This document shows positions 37,068-45,129 of a stretch of 64,000 bases of DNA, in pieces (position 1 is the first letter of the stretch; every line of letters starts with the position of its first letter). Under the pieces are notes generated by a model that saw nothing but the letters and a program-made list of their open reading frames with translations, was not told where the DNA came from and did not search any database. The stretch lies in sequence record OQ845958.1. The stretch is one strand, 5' to 3'. A program made the translations under genes and the position numbers. This stretch comes from Escherichia phage pEC-M719-6WT.2.

Positions 37068-37307
37068 ATGAATATCACATTAATGAAACCTACCCCTAGT
37101 TCTTTTTGGAATAAATCTTTTGGTAAGCATAATATGTTTATCCAACGCACCGTAAGCAGCTGGGAACTAGTTCTTTCAGTCGGCCACAATGATTATGAAC
37201 AAGAATACGTAGAGTTCTTCGAATTTCCTGTGAAACCTACCAAGCGTCAGATTCGTCAGACAAAACGCAAATTCCGCAAAATTTATCTGGAAGATGCATT
37301 AAAATAG
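37068..37307 (+). CDS. hypothetical basic protein
   Basis: 79 aa. Confidence 0.4.
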   Translation: MNITLMKPTPSSFWNKSFGKHNMFIQRTVSSWELVLSVGHNDYEQEYVEFFEFPVKPTKRQIRQTKRKFRKIYLEDALK

Positions 37308-37336
37308 TGTACAACAAAGGGATAATGCTGTATATT
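37307..37336 (+). promoter_or_regulatory. early promoter (GTGTACA, 17 nt, TATATT)
   Basis: followed by conserved leader ATCCCTATCAACTACTGAGGAG. Confidence 0.5.
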
Positions 37337-37364
37337 ATCCCTATCAACTACTGAGGAGATTGAA

Positions 37365-37658
37365 ATGAAAAAGTTATTAATCGCGGCAATTCTTACCGTA
37401 GCATCATGTGGTACAGCTCCAGTTACTGCTGGACTTGATAAAGACCTTTGTGAGTGGTCTATGACTGCTGACCAGACTGATGTTGAACATCAGATTTATG
37501 CTGATATTATGAACATAACTAAACGTGACCGCCCTGATATGGTTAAAGAAGTATCTGACAAATTGACTTCTGGTGACGTTATGCAGTATAACTATGTTCT
37601 GTATTGCGATGCTTCATTTGACAATAGCAAAATTGTTCAATGGGTTACAGGTGAATAA
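37365..37658 (+). CDS. sp: Spackle (periplasmic superinfection exclusion protein)
   Basis: 97 aa (same as T4 Sp); signal peptide; DKDLCEWSMTADQT and QYNYVLYCD match remembered T4 Sp; located between 41 and 61. Confidence 0.75.
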   Translation: MKKLLIAAILTVASCGTAPVTAGLDKDLCEWSMTADQTDVEHQIYADIMNITKRDRPDMVKEVSDKLTSGDVMQYNYVLYCDASFDNSKIVQWVTGE

Positions 37659-37659
37659 A

Positions 37660-38097
37660 ATGATTAACAGAAATTTAGTTATCAAAAAACTTCGCTGTAA
37701 AAATCCAAATGCACAGGCATACCGGGTGTTTTGGAGCGACGAAATTCAATACCTGGGTTATTTTCTTGTTGATAGTGATGATAGAATTACGTTTGCTCAT
37801 AAGCTTCTTAACAAAGAATTAAACCATTGGCAAGAACTTATTGCAGTCAAGTCTAAATTATTTTCGCGCAATACAATGCACCAATTGGTTTATTTTTTCG
37901 CTGATGGTATTCCTGACAAGGTTGAGTTTGATGGGTTTGAATTTAAAGACATCAATCCTAACAATGAATTGAATGACAGTATTGTTAATATGGGTATTCC
38001 TGGTAAGTACATCAAAAACAGTCTTTTGAAAATTCTGGAAACCCCTGTATATTCAGTTGACGACCAAATTTTTAATGCCTTTATGAAGCGAGATTAA
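37660..38097 (+). CDS. hypothetical protein, paralog A (C-terminal DDQIFNAFMKRD)
   Basis: 145 aa from ATG 37660; C-terminal 11 aa nearly identical to next gene. Confidence 0.45.
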   Translation: MINRNLVIKKLRCKNPNAQAYRVFWSDEIQYLGYFLVDSDDRITFAHKLLNKELNHWQELIAVKSKLFSRNTMHQLVYFFADGIPDKVEFDGFEFKDINPNNELNDSIVNMGIPGKYIKNSLLKILETPVYSVDDQIFNAFMKRD

Positions 38098-38098
38098 T

Positions 38099-38467
38099 AT
38101 GTATATTCAAAGCGATTTGTCTTATCTGAATTTTGAATTAGTTAAAAATAATGATGGTAATGCTCATTATGAATTCCGCGAGCCTCGTTATAATCAGGCG
38201 ATTGGTTATATTATTGTTAAAGATGGCGTTATCATAAAGGCTCGCTCATTTATGGTAATGAATGGGCCTTATGAAGATACTCGTGGCTATCCATTTGATA
38301 AAAAGAATGTACGCGATTGTGCAGCGTGGATAACCGGAAATCCTGAAATTGGGGTCATGCTATCTACTGAAGCAAATGACATTCTGGATGCTGGCTGGGT
38401 TAAATCTCAAGAACCGCCTACTGATATTGATGACCAGATTTTTAATGCTTTCATGAAGCGAGGTTAA
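38099..38467 (+). CDS. hypothetical protein, paralog B (C-terminal DDQIFNAFMKRG)
   Basis: 122 aa. Confidence 0.45.
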   Translation: MYIQSDLSYLNFELVKNNDGNAHYEFREPRYNQAIGYIIVKDGVIIKARSFMVMNGPYEDTRGYPFDKKNVRDCAAWITGNPEIGVMLSTEANDILDAGWVKSQEPPTDIDDQIFNAFMKRG

Positions 38468-38468
38468 T

Positions 38469-38660
38469 ATGACTGCAATGTGTACGGGCTCTAAGATTTC
38501 GGTCTTCCAGATTTTTGAAGAATATGAAATCGTGTCGCAAGACCAAGAAGCAATCCATGTTATCGCTGATGATGGTGTTACCTGGATTATTCCGTTGTAT
38601 CATGAAGACACCTATGAAGTGACTGATGCAAATGGCGATAAAGCTATCTTCGTTGTATAA
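38469..38660 (+). CDS. hypothetical protein
   Basis: 63 aa. Confidence 0.4.
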   Translation: MTAMCTGSKISVFQIFEEYEIVSQDQEAIHVIADDGVTWIIPLYHEDTYEVTDANGDKAIFVV

Positions 38661-38663
38661 ATA
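38656..38663 (+). promoter_or_regulatory. T4-type late promoter (TATAAATA)
   Basis: exact octamer overlapping stop of upstream gene, 18 nt before SD/ATG of 38681. Confidence 0.5.
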
Positions 38664-38680
38664 GCGGAAAGGGGGGTGTT

Positions 38681-38848
38681 ATGAAAACATTCAAAGATTT
38701 TATCAATGAAGATATGGTTGCCGGTGATGCAGGTGGAAACCCAACTAATATCGCAACAGGTACCACTTCCGGGGCAGTTGTCAATAAAGGTCCTGAACAA
38801 ATCCCATCAAAAAAGCGTAAGAATAAAGACGATAAACCTACAGTATAA
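38681..38848 (+). CDS. small late protein with capsid-targeting-sequence-like N-terminus (candidate internal/injected peptide)
   Basis: 55 aa, hand-translated; N-terminus MKTFKDFINE resembles T4 internal-protein CTS MKTYQEFIAE with I-x-E prohead-protease site; late promoter; basic C-terminus. Confidence 0.45.
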   Translation: MKTFKDFINEDMVAGDAGGNPTNIATGTTSGAVVNKGPEQIPSKKRKNKDDKPTV

Positions 38849-38880
38849 TGGTCCTCCGGGACCATTGAAATGAGGAAACT

Positions 38881-39909
38881 ATGTCATATATTGATAGAGA
38901 ATTTGCAGTCAAAGCTTTATCGTATCAACCACGTTACAGAGAAGTCACCGGGAGCACATTTAAGGCAAACTGTCGTTGTAAGGTTTGTGGTGACTCCCAG
39001 AAAGATTCGCACAAGGCTCGATTCTGGGCGTATACCAATCCATCTGATGGTGCGGTTTACGTGAAATGTTTTAACTGTGACTACTCCACGCATATAAGCA
39101 AATACATAAAAGAGTTTGAGCCGGATTTGCACCGGGAATATATGGTTGAGAAGTACAAGGAAAACGCCTTCGGTCGACAACGTAATGAAGTTGCAGAAGC
39201 TCCGAAAGAACCAGAAAAAACTCCGGTTATTGAAGAGCTTGCTTTTTGTGAAAGAATTGATACTTTACCAGAAGAGCATCCGATAGTTAAGTATGTAAAA
39301 AGTCGGTGTATTCCGAGCAATGTTTGGAACCGGTTATGGTTTACAAACAAATGGCCTGCATTAGTTAACTCCGTTAATCCTGGGACGTATAAGAATGAAA
39401 CGAATGAACCACGCTTGGTTATTCCTATCTTCAACGGCAAAAAAGAAATCGAATCTTTCCAAGGACGAGCTCTTCGCAAAGATGCACCACAAAAATATAT
39501 CACAATCAAAGCTCACCCAGAAGCTTCCAAAGTCTATGGCGTAGACAAGATTGATGAGCGCAAGCGCGTGTGGGTAATGGAAGGTCCGATTGATAGTTTG
39601 TTTATCCCTAACAGCATTGCGATAACTGGTGGAACATTAGCATTGGAAGCCGTTCCTTATGCTGAAACCCGAGTATGGGTAATGGACAACGAGCCAAGAC
39701 ATCCGGATACGATTAAACGTATGAAGAAGCTCGTTGAAGCGGGTGAAGCCGTTATGTTCTGGGACAATGCACCATGGCATACGAAAGACATAAATGAGAT
39801 GGTTAAATCGGAGGGCGCAACCCCTGAACAAATCGAATCATATATGGCCGATAACATTGCTCAAGGGTTGATGGCGAGAATGCGACTTTCGAAGTACGCA
39901 AAAGTTTAG
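38881..39909 (+). CDS. 61: DNA primase gp61
   Basis: 342 aa (same as T4 gp61); N-terminal zinc ribbon CRCKVCG...CFNCDY; toprim-like core. Confidence 0.9.
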   Translation: MSYIDREFAVKALSYQPRYREVTGSTFKANCRCKVCGDSQKDSHKARFWAYTNPSDGAVYVKCFNCDYSTHISKYIKEFEPDLHREYMVEKYKENAFGRQRNEVAEAPKEPEKTPVIEELAFCERIDTLPEEHPIVKYVKSRCIPSNVWNRLWFTNKWPALVNSVNPGTYKNETNEPRLVIPIFNGKKEIESFQGRALRKDAPQKYITIKAHPEASKVYGVDKIDERKRVWVMEGPIDSLFIPNSIAITGGTLALEAVPYAETRVWVMDNEPRHPDTIKRMKKLVEAGEAVMFWDNAPWHTKDINEMVKSEGATPEQIESYMADNIAQGLMARMRLSKYAKV

Positions 39910-40027
39910 GAAGGAATTCCGGTAAGTTCCGCAGAAAAACATCAAGAGCTAAAAAGCCCATGATGTTTCTTGTCTTTCTTACTGGTTAATTTCCAAATCC
40001 GATGGAATAATATTCACATTATTCCAT

Positions 40028-40225
40028 CTATATAAGGCCGATTAATGCCAGTAAAATATCTACAACTGATTCGAGTGCAATGACTGGTAATATAACACCA
40101 TGTGTCAATGCAACAGGGGCAACAACGAAGTTCCATAGTAGAACTAAACAGAGTATCGAAAGGACCAGAATCGTTCGCTTACGACTGCCTTTGATGGCTT
40201 GAATTAGACTAGATAGTTTGAGCAT
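40028..40225 (-). CDS. small two-helix membrane protein (minus strand)
   Basis: 65 aa from ATG preceded by strong SD GGAAGGAGGA; two hydrophobic helices; ATAAATA late-promoter-like element about 20 nt upstream on minus strand. Confidence 0.45.
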   Translation of the reverse strand: MLKLSSLIQAIKGSRKRTILVLSILCLVLLWNFVVAPVALTHGVILPVIALESVVDILLALIGLI

Positions 40226-40310
40226 ATATCCTCCTTCCGTGTATTTATGCTTCAAACCAATATGATATAATTAACATACAAAATAACATGAATTGATAAG
40301 GAAAAATATA

Positions 40311-40829
40311 ATGGCTCATTTTAATGAATGTTCACAACTGATTGCCGGTGTTGATAAAGCTGCTCTGGCTTATGACAATGCAATTACAAAAGGTACTGAC
40401 CCGCTGCAGATTATGCTTGATATGCAGAAATCATTGCAAGTTCGTCTGGCTACTGAAAAACCAGAATATAACTCACATCCAGATGAATTGGCTACTGCAG
40501 GTGATGTTGTTGCATGGCTTCGTAACCAGAAAGATTATATCGACGACGAATTCCGTGAACTTCTGACTTCTCTCGGTGGTATGTCTAATGGCGAGAAAGC
40601 TGCATCTAGTGTATGGAAACCATGGAAAGTCCAACATGCTGAATTCCGTAATCGTCGTATTGATGAGTTGTCTCCCGAAGACCAGCTCGAAATTAAATTT
40701 GAGATGATTGATATCCTGCACTTTGTTCTGAACATGTTCCATGGCCTTGGACTGACTGCAGAAGAAATCTTTAAATTGTATTACCTGAAAAACGCTGAGA
40801 ACTTTGCTCGTCAGGACCGGGGTTATTAA
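40311..40829 (+). CDS. 56: dCTP pyrophosphatase gp56-like (MazG-type)
   Basis: 172 aa from ATG 40311; N-terminus MAHFNEC and C-terminal EEIFKLYYLKNAENFARQDRGY match remembered T4 gp56. Confidence 0.8.
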   Translation: MAHFNECSQLIAGVDKAALAYDNAITKGTDPLQIMLDMQKSLQVRLATEKPEYNSHPDELATAGDVVAWLRNQKDYIDDEFRELLTSLGGMSNGEKAASSVWKPWKVQHAEFRNRRIDELSPEDQLEIKFEMIDILHFVLNMFHGLGLTAEEIFKLYYLKNAENFARQDRGY

Positions 40830-40831
40830 GT

Positions 40832-40839
40832 TATAAATA
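40832..40839 (+). promoter_or_regulatory. T4-type late promoter (TATAAATA) for soc
   Basis: exact octamer about 30 nt upstream of soc ATG. Confidence 0.55.
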
Positions 40840-40870
40840 CACCCGTAATTAAACAACAAAGGAGTTAATT

Positions 40871-41104
40871 ATGGGTGGTTTCGTTAATATCAAAACCTTT
40901 ACGCATCCAGCTGGTGAAGGTAAAGAAGTTAAAGGTGTTGAAGTATCTGTTCCGTTTGAAATCTATTCAAATGAGCATCGTATTGCGAATGCACACTATC
41001 AGACTTTTCCTTCCGAAAAGGCCGCTTATGTCACCGTAGCGTCTAGTGCAGCTGATTGGCGAACTAAGAACGCGGCGATGTTTACGCCTACCCCAGTAGT
41101 TTAA
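40871..41104 (+). CDS. soc: small outer capsid protein Soc
   Basis: 77 aa; YVNIKTF and AHYQTFPSEKAAY match remembered T4 Soc; late promoter; next to 56. Confidence 0.85.
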   Translation: MGGFVNIKTFTHPAGEGKEVKGVEVSVPFEIYSNEHRIANAHYQTFPSEKAAYVTVASSAADWRTKNAAMFTPTPVV

Positions 41105-41109
41105 TTATA

Positions 41110-41133
41110 GGGAACCTTCGGGTTCCCTTTTTG
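41110..41133 (+). terminator. rho-independent terminator
   Basis: GGGAACC-TTCG-GGTTCCC hairpin plus T5. Confidence 0.65.
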
Positions 41134-41180
41134 CTTTTAATAGAAGCGGTATAATTATTTCAATTACAGAGGAGAATACT

Positions 41181-41378
41181 ATGTTAAACCGTTGGATTAA
41201 ACCAAACAAAGCTTTAGATGAAATTATTGCTCATGATGTCCATTTTAAGTATGGCCTGGGTGTGTTTGATGAAGTCATCGTACATTCATTCATGATGCAT
41301 GACGATGACTCTTTAGAATTCAATATTGAAATCCGTTATGATGATGGTCAAGTTGAATTTAAACGAGGTTTCCTATGA
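41181..41378 (+). CDS. hypothetical protein
   Basis: 65 aa; SD GAGGAG. Confidence 0.4.
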   Translation: MLNRWIKPNKALDEIIAHDVHFKYGLGVFDEVIVHSFMMHDDDSLEFNIEIRYDDGQVEFKRGFL

Positions 41379-41728
41379 TTAGTTGGCTCAAGAATTTGTT
41401 CAAGACCAAACCAAACGAGGGTGTGGTTCCGGTTAGCCTGCCGGATGTTAAGCTAAGAGAATATGTTTACATGGGTGACGGCATGATGGAAGAAGTGGTC
41501 AAATCGAAATCAAAAGACCTATATTCTACAATGTCAGAAGAAGACTTACAAAAACGTTTAACTCGACTGCAAGAACAAAGAGCTCAAGCTCAAGCCCAAG
41601 CGCAAAGTAGTATCGATACTACTTCGATTGTGGTCACCGCCGCCGCAGTTAGTTCGTGGACCGGTGATTCGTCTTATTCCTCCTATGATTCGGGAAGCTG
41701 TGATTCGTCTTCCAGCTCGTGTGATTAA
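41375..41728 (+). CDS. hypothetical protein with Ser/Tyr-rich C-terminal tail
   Basis: 117 aa; QAQAQAQ linker then SSYSSYDSGSCDSSSSSCD. Confidence 0.45.
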   Translation: MISWLKNLFKTKPNEGVVPVSLPDVKLREYVYMGDGMMEEVVKSKSKDLYSTMSEEDLQKRLTRLQEQRAQAQAQAQSSIDTTSIVVTAAAVSSWTGDSSYSSYDSGSCDSSSSSCD

Positions 41729-41923
41729 ATGAGAATTACAAGTTGGCTTAAAGATTGGTTGGTTACTCCAGGGATTGATGATTCCTGGGTAGCCAGGGCC
41801 GAGGAAGAAATGCAACGTGAAGCCGAAGAATGGGCCGTTAACGGGCTTAAAGCCATGCAGGAAAAGAAGACTGAACGAGCAGCGCTTAAACTGATGCGTG
41901 ATATCTACGGAGATAAATCATGA
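41729..41923 (+). CDS. hypothetical protein
   Basis: 64 aa. Confidence 0.4.
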   Translation: MRITSWLKDWLVTPGIDDSWVARAEEEMQREAEEWAVNGLKAMQEKKTERAALKLMRDIYGDKS

Positions 41924-42069
41924 CACAAGAAGATGCTGAACGCCGAGCAAAAGAAGCACTGGATTTGCTTTTGAAAATTGGCAGTAAAATGATGGAAGAA
42001 AACGAAAAGTACATCAAGGAAAATAAAGTTCCTGATGGTCCATTAGTCGGTAAGAGGAAATCATTATGA
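41920..42069 (+). CDS. small hypothetical protein (49 aa)
   Basis: hand-translated; ATGA overlaps both sides. Confidence 0.25.
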   Translation: MTQEDAERRAKEALDLLLKIGSKMMEENEKYIKENKVPDGPLVGKRKSL

Positions 42070-42548
42070 AAGTATATGAATTAGAATTCTATGTCCGTGA
42101 TTCCGCTGGACAGACACGTCCTTACGATGCAACAGCCTGTCTTATCTTGCCATATAATGGCATGGATTCAGTTACTGAGTTGGAAACAAAATTAATGAAC
42201 CTGACGATGCCAGAAAACGTTATGCTGAAGGTATTTCATAGAAAAAACGTTGATGTTGCCGAAGGGTGTCCGTTTACTGTTTCTGAAGCTCTGCACATCA
42301 AAGGCTATCGCCACCCGGACCTTTATGGCGAAGATACCATTTTCTATAAAGATAGAGATAAAATGGCCACTGAACGACTTAAAGGTCGCACATATCTGAT
42401 TTCTGCACCTGAAGACCTTGCTGAAGTTGAACGTCAGATTTGGAAGCACTTTGATATTGGCCTACGCTTTACTTTAACAGAAGAAGCTATGCACGATACT
42501 AAAGTCCGAGCTCGTATGTATGGTTACGGCCCTATCGGTGGTTACTAA
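42066..42548 (+). CDS. hypothetical protein
   Basis: 160 aa. Confidence 0.5.
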   Translation: MKVYELEFYVRDSAGQTRPYDATACLILPYNGMDSVTELETKLMNLTMPENVMLKVFHRKNVDVAEGCPFTVSEALHIKGYRHPDLYGEDTIFYKDRDKMATERLKGRTYLISAPEDLAEVERQIWKHFDIGLRFTLTEEAMHDTKVRARMYGYGPIGGY

Positions 42549-42727
42549 TGGATTTATTTGAACTTTTTGAAGAGCCTAAAGCTCCTACGGAAGCCCGTGT
42601 GGACCTAGTTGACGAACTTGATGCGATTATACAGAAGCACGGTTTTAGCCTCCCAATGGAAGTTCTACGCGACCTGGCCTCATATTACGACGACCCACCT
42701 CCATGGGCACCATGGGTGAAACAATGA
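42548..42727 (+). CDS. small acidic protein (59 aa)
   Basis: hand-translated; TAATG and ATGA overlaps. Confidence 0.3.
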   Translation: MDLFELFEEPKAPTEARVDLVDELDAIIQKHGFSLPMEVLRDLASYYDDPPPWAPWVKQ

Positions 42728-42972
42728 ACTGGTTAACAAATATTCCCACATCGGCGCTGGATATCGACCGTAAACATGCTCATAAGGAAATCGAGCAACA
42801 AAAAATTAATCGTTTACAAAGGCTTAAGACTGAATCCGAGACAATTAAAGTCGAAACCCCGATAAAATCGAAAAGTTCTTACTCATCATATCAATCTCCA
42901 TCATATCAATCTCCGATTGGTATGGCCGTAGACATTGCAGTCTTTGGCGTTCCACTTGGAGTGTTTAAGTAG
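42724..42972 (+). CDS. hypothetical protein with SSYSSYQSPSYQSP segment and C-terminal hydrophobic helix
   Basis: 82 aa from ATG 42724. Confidence 0.4.
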   Translation: MNWLTNIPTSALDIDRKHAHKEIEQQKINRLQRLKTESETIKVETPIKSKSSYSSYQSPSYQSPIGMAVDIAVFGVPLGVFK

Positions 42973-43028
42973 TTTACTTACTCCCCTCCTAATGACATAA
43001 TGGTCTTTCTTACAACAGAGAGACCATT

Positions 43029-43589
43029 ATGAACATCATCAAATCTGATACCGAACCCAACCAGTTAAAATTTAGTGAAATGGAGATAGCTTCATTATTT
43101 GAATGCCGTACATCAAAGGTTGATAAGACCTTGCATTCAAATGTCAACTCAATCATCAAGTCAAGGTTGTCTATACCCGATACAGTCTTGTGGCGCGGGG
43201 TAACCCAGCAAGAGATTGATTTATTAGATGAAGCAAAAGAATCAATGCAACCTTTTGAATTTGGACGGGTAACCTCCTTTACAGAAGACTATGGTATTGC
43301 CAGGGATTTTGCTGCAATGGAATATGTGACAAGGACTATCGTCAGATTGAATCAGACCAAAGCTTTTTGTTACCATGATGCGATGCGCAAAATCGCACTT
43401 GATGTTCCACTTGAATTCTTCAATACAGCTTCTGGTTCCGCCCAGGCAGCTACATTAAGGCGTGAAGAATACATGGACATGATTGATTCTGAGCTTGAAT
43501 GGTTTGTTCCAGTTGACCAGAAATTCGTGGTAGTTGATGCTGGATTTATTGATGATTATTATGTTCTTGACTGTGTACAAGAGCAATAA
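43029..43589 (+). CDS. ADP-ribosyltransferase (ModA/ModB family)
   Basis: 186 aa; R-S-E triad elements: LWRG, TSFT, ELEW; located between soc and dda as T4 modA/modB. Confidence 0.65.
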   Translation: MNIIKSDTEPNQLKFSEMEIASLFECRTSKVDKTLHSNVNSIIKSRLSIPDTVLWRGVTQQEIDLLDEAKESMQPFEFGRVTSFTEDYGIARDFAAMEYVTRTIVRLNQTKAFCYHDAMRKIALDVPLEFFNTASGSAQAATLRREEYMDMIDSELEWFVPVDQKFVVVDAGFIDDYYVLDCVQEQ

Positions 43590-43602
43590 GACACGTTAAG
43601 AT
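43573..43602 (+). promoter_or_regulatory. early promoter inside 3-prime end of upstream gene (GTGTACA, 17 nt, TAAGAT)
   Basis: followed by conserved leader GTTCCTATCAACTACTGATGAGG; supports ATG 43634 as true start. Confidence 0.45.
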
Positions 43603-43633
43603 GTTCCTATCAACTACTGATGAGGATAATAAA

Positions 43634-44248
43634 ATGCTGTACACTGATGACGTTTTGAATGGAATTATTAACACTGCCGCTTCTAGTGAGTCTTTTCGTA
43701 ACCAATGTCAAGCGGAGATTGATGCTCTTTATACAGATAATGAGCAATCAGTACTCTGGCAGTGTATGGAAAATAAACCTGACCTGATTCAAGAAGACTT
43801 GTCCAGGATTATCCGCAACAATCTGAATACTGCACCGCCGGCAGCATTGTTCCGTGGTATATCAAAGAAAACCATGGAATACCTGGAAGATTTAAGATAT
43901 GTTGGTGCAACAATTGAATTCAATCGTGTAATGAGTTTTTCCAGGGACTGGCAGGTTGCAAGAAATTTCGCATCATACAGTTTCTATGGAACAAGGAACA
44001 TTTTCTGTATAAACAATGCACCATATGCGTATAACTATCAGGAAGCAATCTTCAAAATGATTTGTGGTGCTCCTCCTGAAGAGTTCAATGGTGCATATCC
44101 AGAAGCAACCAGGAAGTCAAACTTGCACCTGGTTAATGATGAAGATGAGTTTATGTTTCCCGCTGGGACTACGCTCCGCGTAGACTTGATTGAAACACAC
44201 CCATTGAATAACCTGTATACTGTTTGGCATTTAACTGTTTTGAACTAA
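43634..44248 (+). CDS. ADP-ribosyltransferase (ModA/ModB family)
   Basis: 204 aa; LFRG, MSFS, EDEF motifs; paralogous to upstream gene. Confidence 0.65.
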   Translation: MLYTDDVLNGIINTAASSESFRNQCQAEIDALYTDNEQSVLWQCMENKPDLIQEDLSRIIRNNLNTAPPAALFRGISKKTMEYLEDLRYVGATIEFNRVMSFSRDWQVARNFASYSFYGTRNIFCINNAPYAYNYQEAIFKMICGAPPEEFNGAYPEATRKSNLHLVNDEDEFMFPAGTTLRVDLIETHPLNNLYTVWHLTVLN

Positions 44249-44307
44249 CCAAAGACCTTAGAACCATTATACACAATAAAAATAAAAGCGTTAAAGGTGA
44301 AAAAGTA

Positions 44308-44336
44308 GTGTACATAAAAGATGAATAGTATATAAT
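44308..44336 (+). promoter_or_regulatory. early promoter (GTGTACA, 16 nt, TATAAT)
   Basis: AAAAGTAGTGTACA upstream box shared with promoters at 47666, 58201 and 62381. Confidence 0.45.
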
Positions 44337-44381
44337 GATTCCGTACTGAGTTATTCACGTCCGTAAGATGAGAAAAATATC

Positions 44382-45125
44382 ATGAATATGTCAAAAGAAG
44401 AGTTTGAATTAAAAGTTTACAAACGTCGCGAGCATACCAAAACGTCTGCAAAACGTCGTAACAAGGATTTCAATCTGTCTAGTAAGTATATTGCCAATCT
44501 TTTGAAACAAGAATTCTGTGCGTATTCTGGTGAACGTTTTGATGAAAATTCAACTCAAGATAAAGTTTCCTTTGAACGCTTTAACAATGATATAGGTTAT
44601 ATTGAAGGCAATGTTATCCCTGTCAAAACTAAGTACAACGGTTTACGTGCTGATTTATCTCTTGATGAACTTAAACGTGCACAGACTCGTTTGGCGGTGC
44701 GTATTAATGGCGGTTCTAAGATGCCCAATAGTTTTAAAGTAACTCCCGCTGACTATTATAAAATTCGCAAAATTGTTAAAAATATTAAAGATACCGAACG
44801 TGGAATCAAGAAGCGTCAAAAACATTTAAAAGAGCTTTATAAAAGTGGCGCTAAAGATACCACCCCTTCTGTGATTGCAGTCAAGGCTCGTATCCATGGA
44901 CAAATGGCTTCCATCGGAACTAGTCAACGTGGGCTGAAAATGGTTATGGGTGGTCCTGACTGGCGTCTGAAAATGAAATCATCTGACGCTGAAACGCGTT
45001 ACGATATGTATGATAAAATTATTCAAGGTCTGGAGCGTTTAGATAAGTTGTCATTCATTGACCGCCTTAAACTGAAACGTGGTCTGCCTTTGAACGCGTC
45101 AATTTTTAAACTGATTAGAGGTTAA
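44382..45125 (+). CDS. Srd-position protein (assignment by synteny and size only)
   Basis: 247 aa; lies between mod genes and dda like T4 srd (about 250 aa); basic N-terminus; contains an HNH-reminiscent stretch. Confidence 0.35.
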   Translation: MNMSKEEFELKVYKRREHTKTSAKRRNKDFNLSSKYIANLLKQEFCAYSGERFDENSTQDKVSFERFNNDIGYIEGNVIPVKTKYNGLRADLSLDELKRAQTRLAVRINGGSKMPNSFKVTPADYYKIRKIVKNIKDTERGIKKRQKHLKELYKSGAKDTTPSVIAVKARIHGQMASIGTSQRGLKMVMGGPDWRLKMKSSDAETRYDMYDKIIQGLERLDKLSFIDRLKLKRGLPLNASIFKLIRG

Positions 45126-45129
45126 TGTG

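Noticed and set aside
36864-37307. Assigning one of the small ORFs after gene 41 as Dmd (anti-RnlA/LsoA antitoxin)
   Set aside because: Position and size (67 and 79 aa) are compatible with T4 61.5/dmd, but I cannot support sequence homology from memory.
44382-45125. HNH homing endonuclease interpretation of the 247 aa ORF
   Set aside because: The stretch ERFNNDIGYIEGNVIPV recalls HNH_3-type motifs, but the catalytic His and Cys pairs are missing and the gene sits at the T4 srd position with the right size; called Srd-position protein at low confidence instead.
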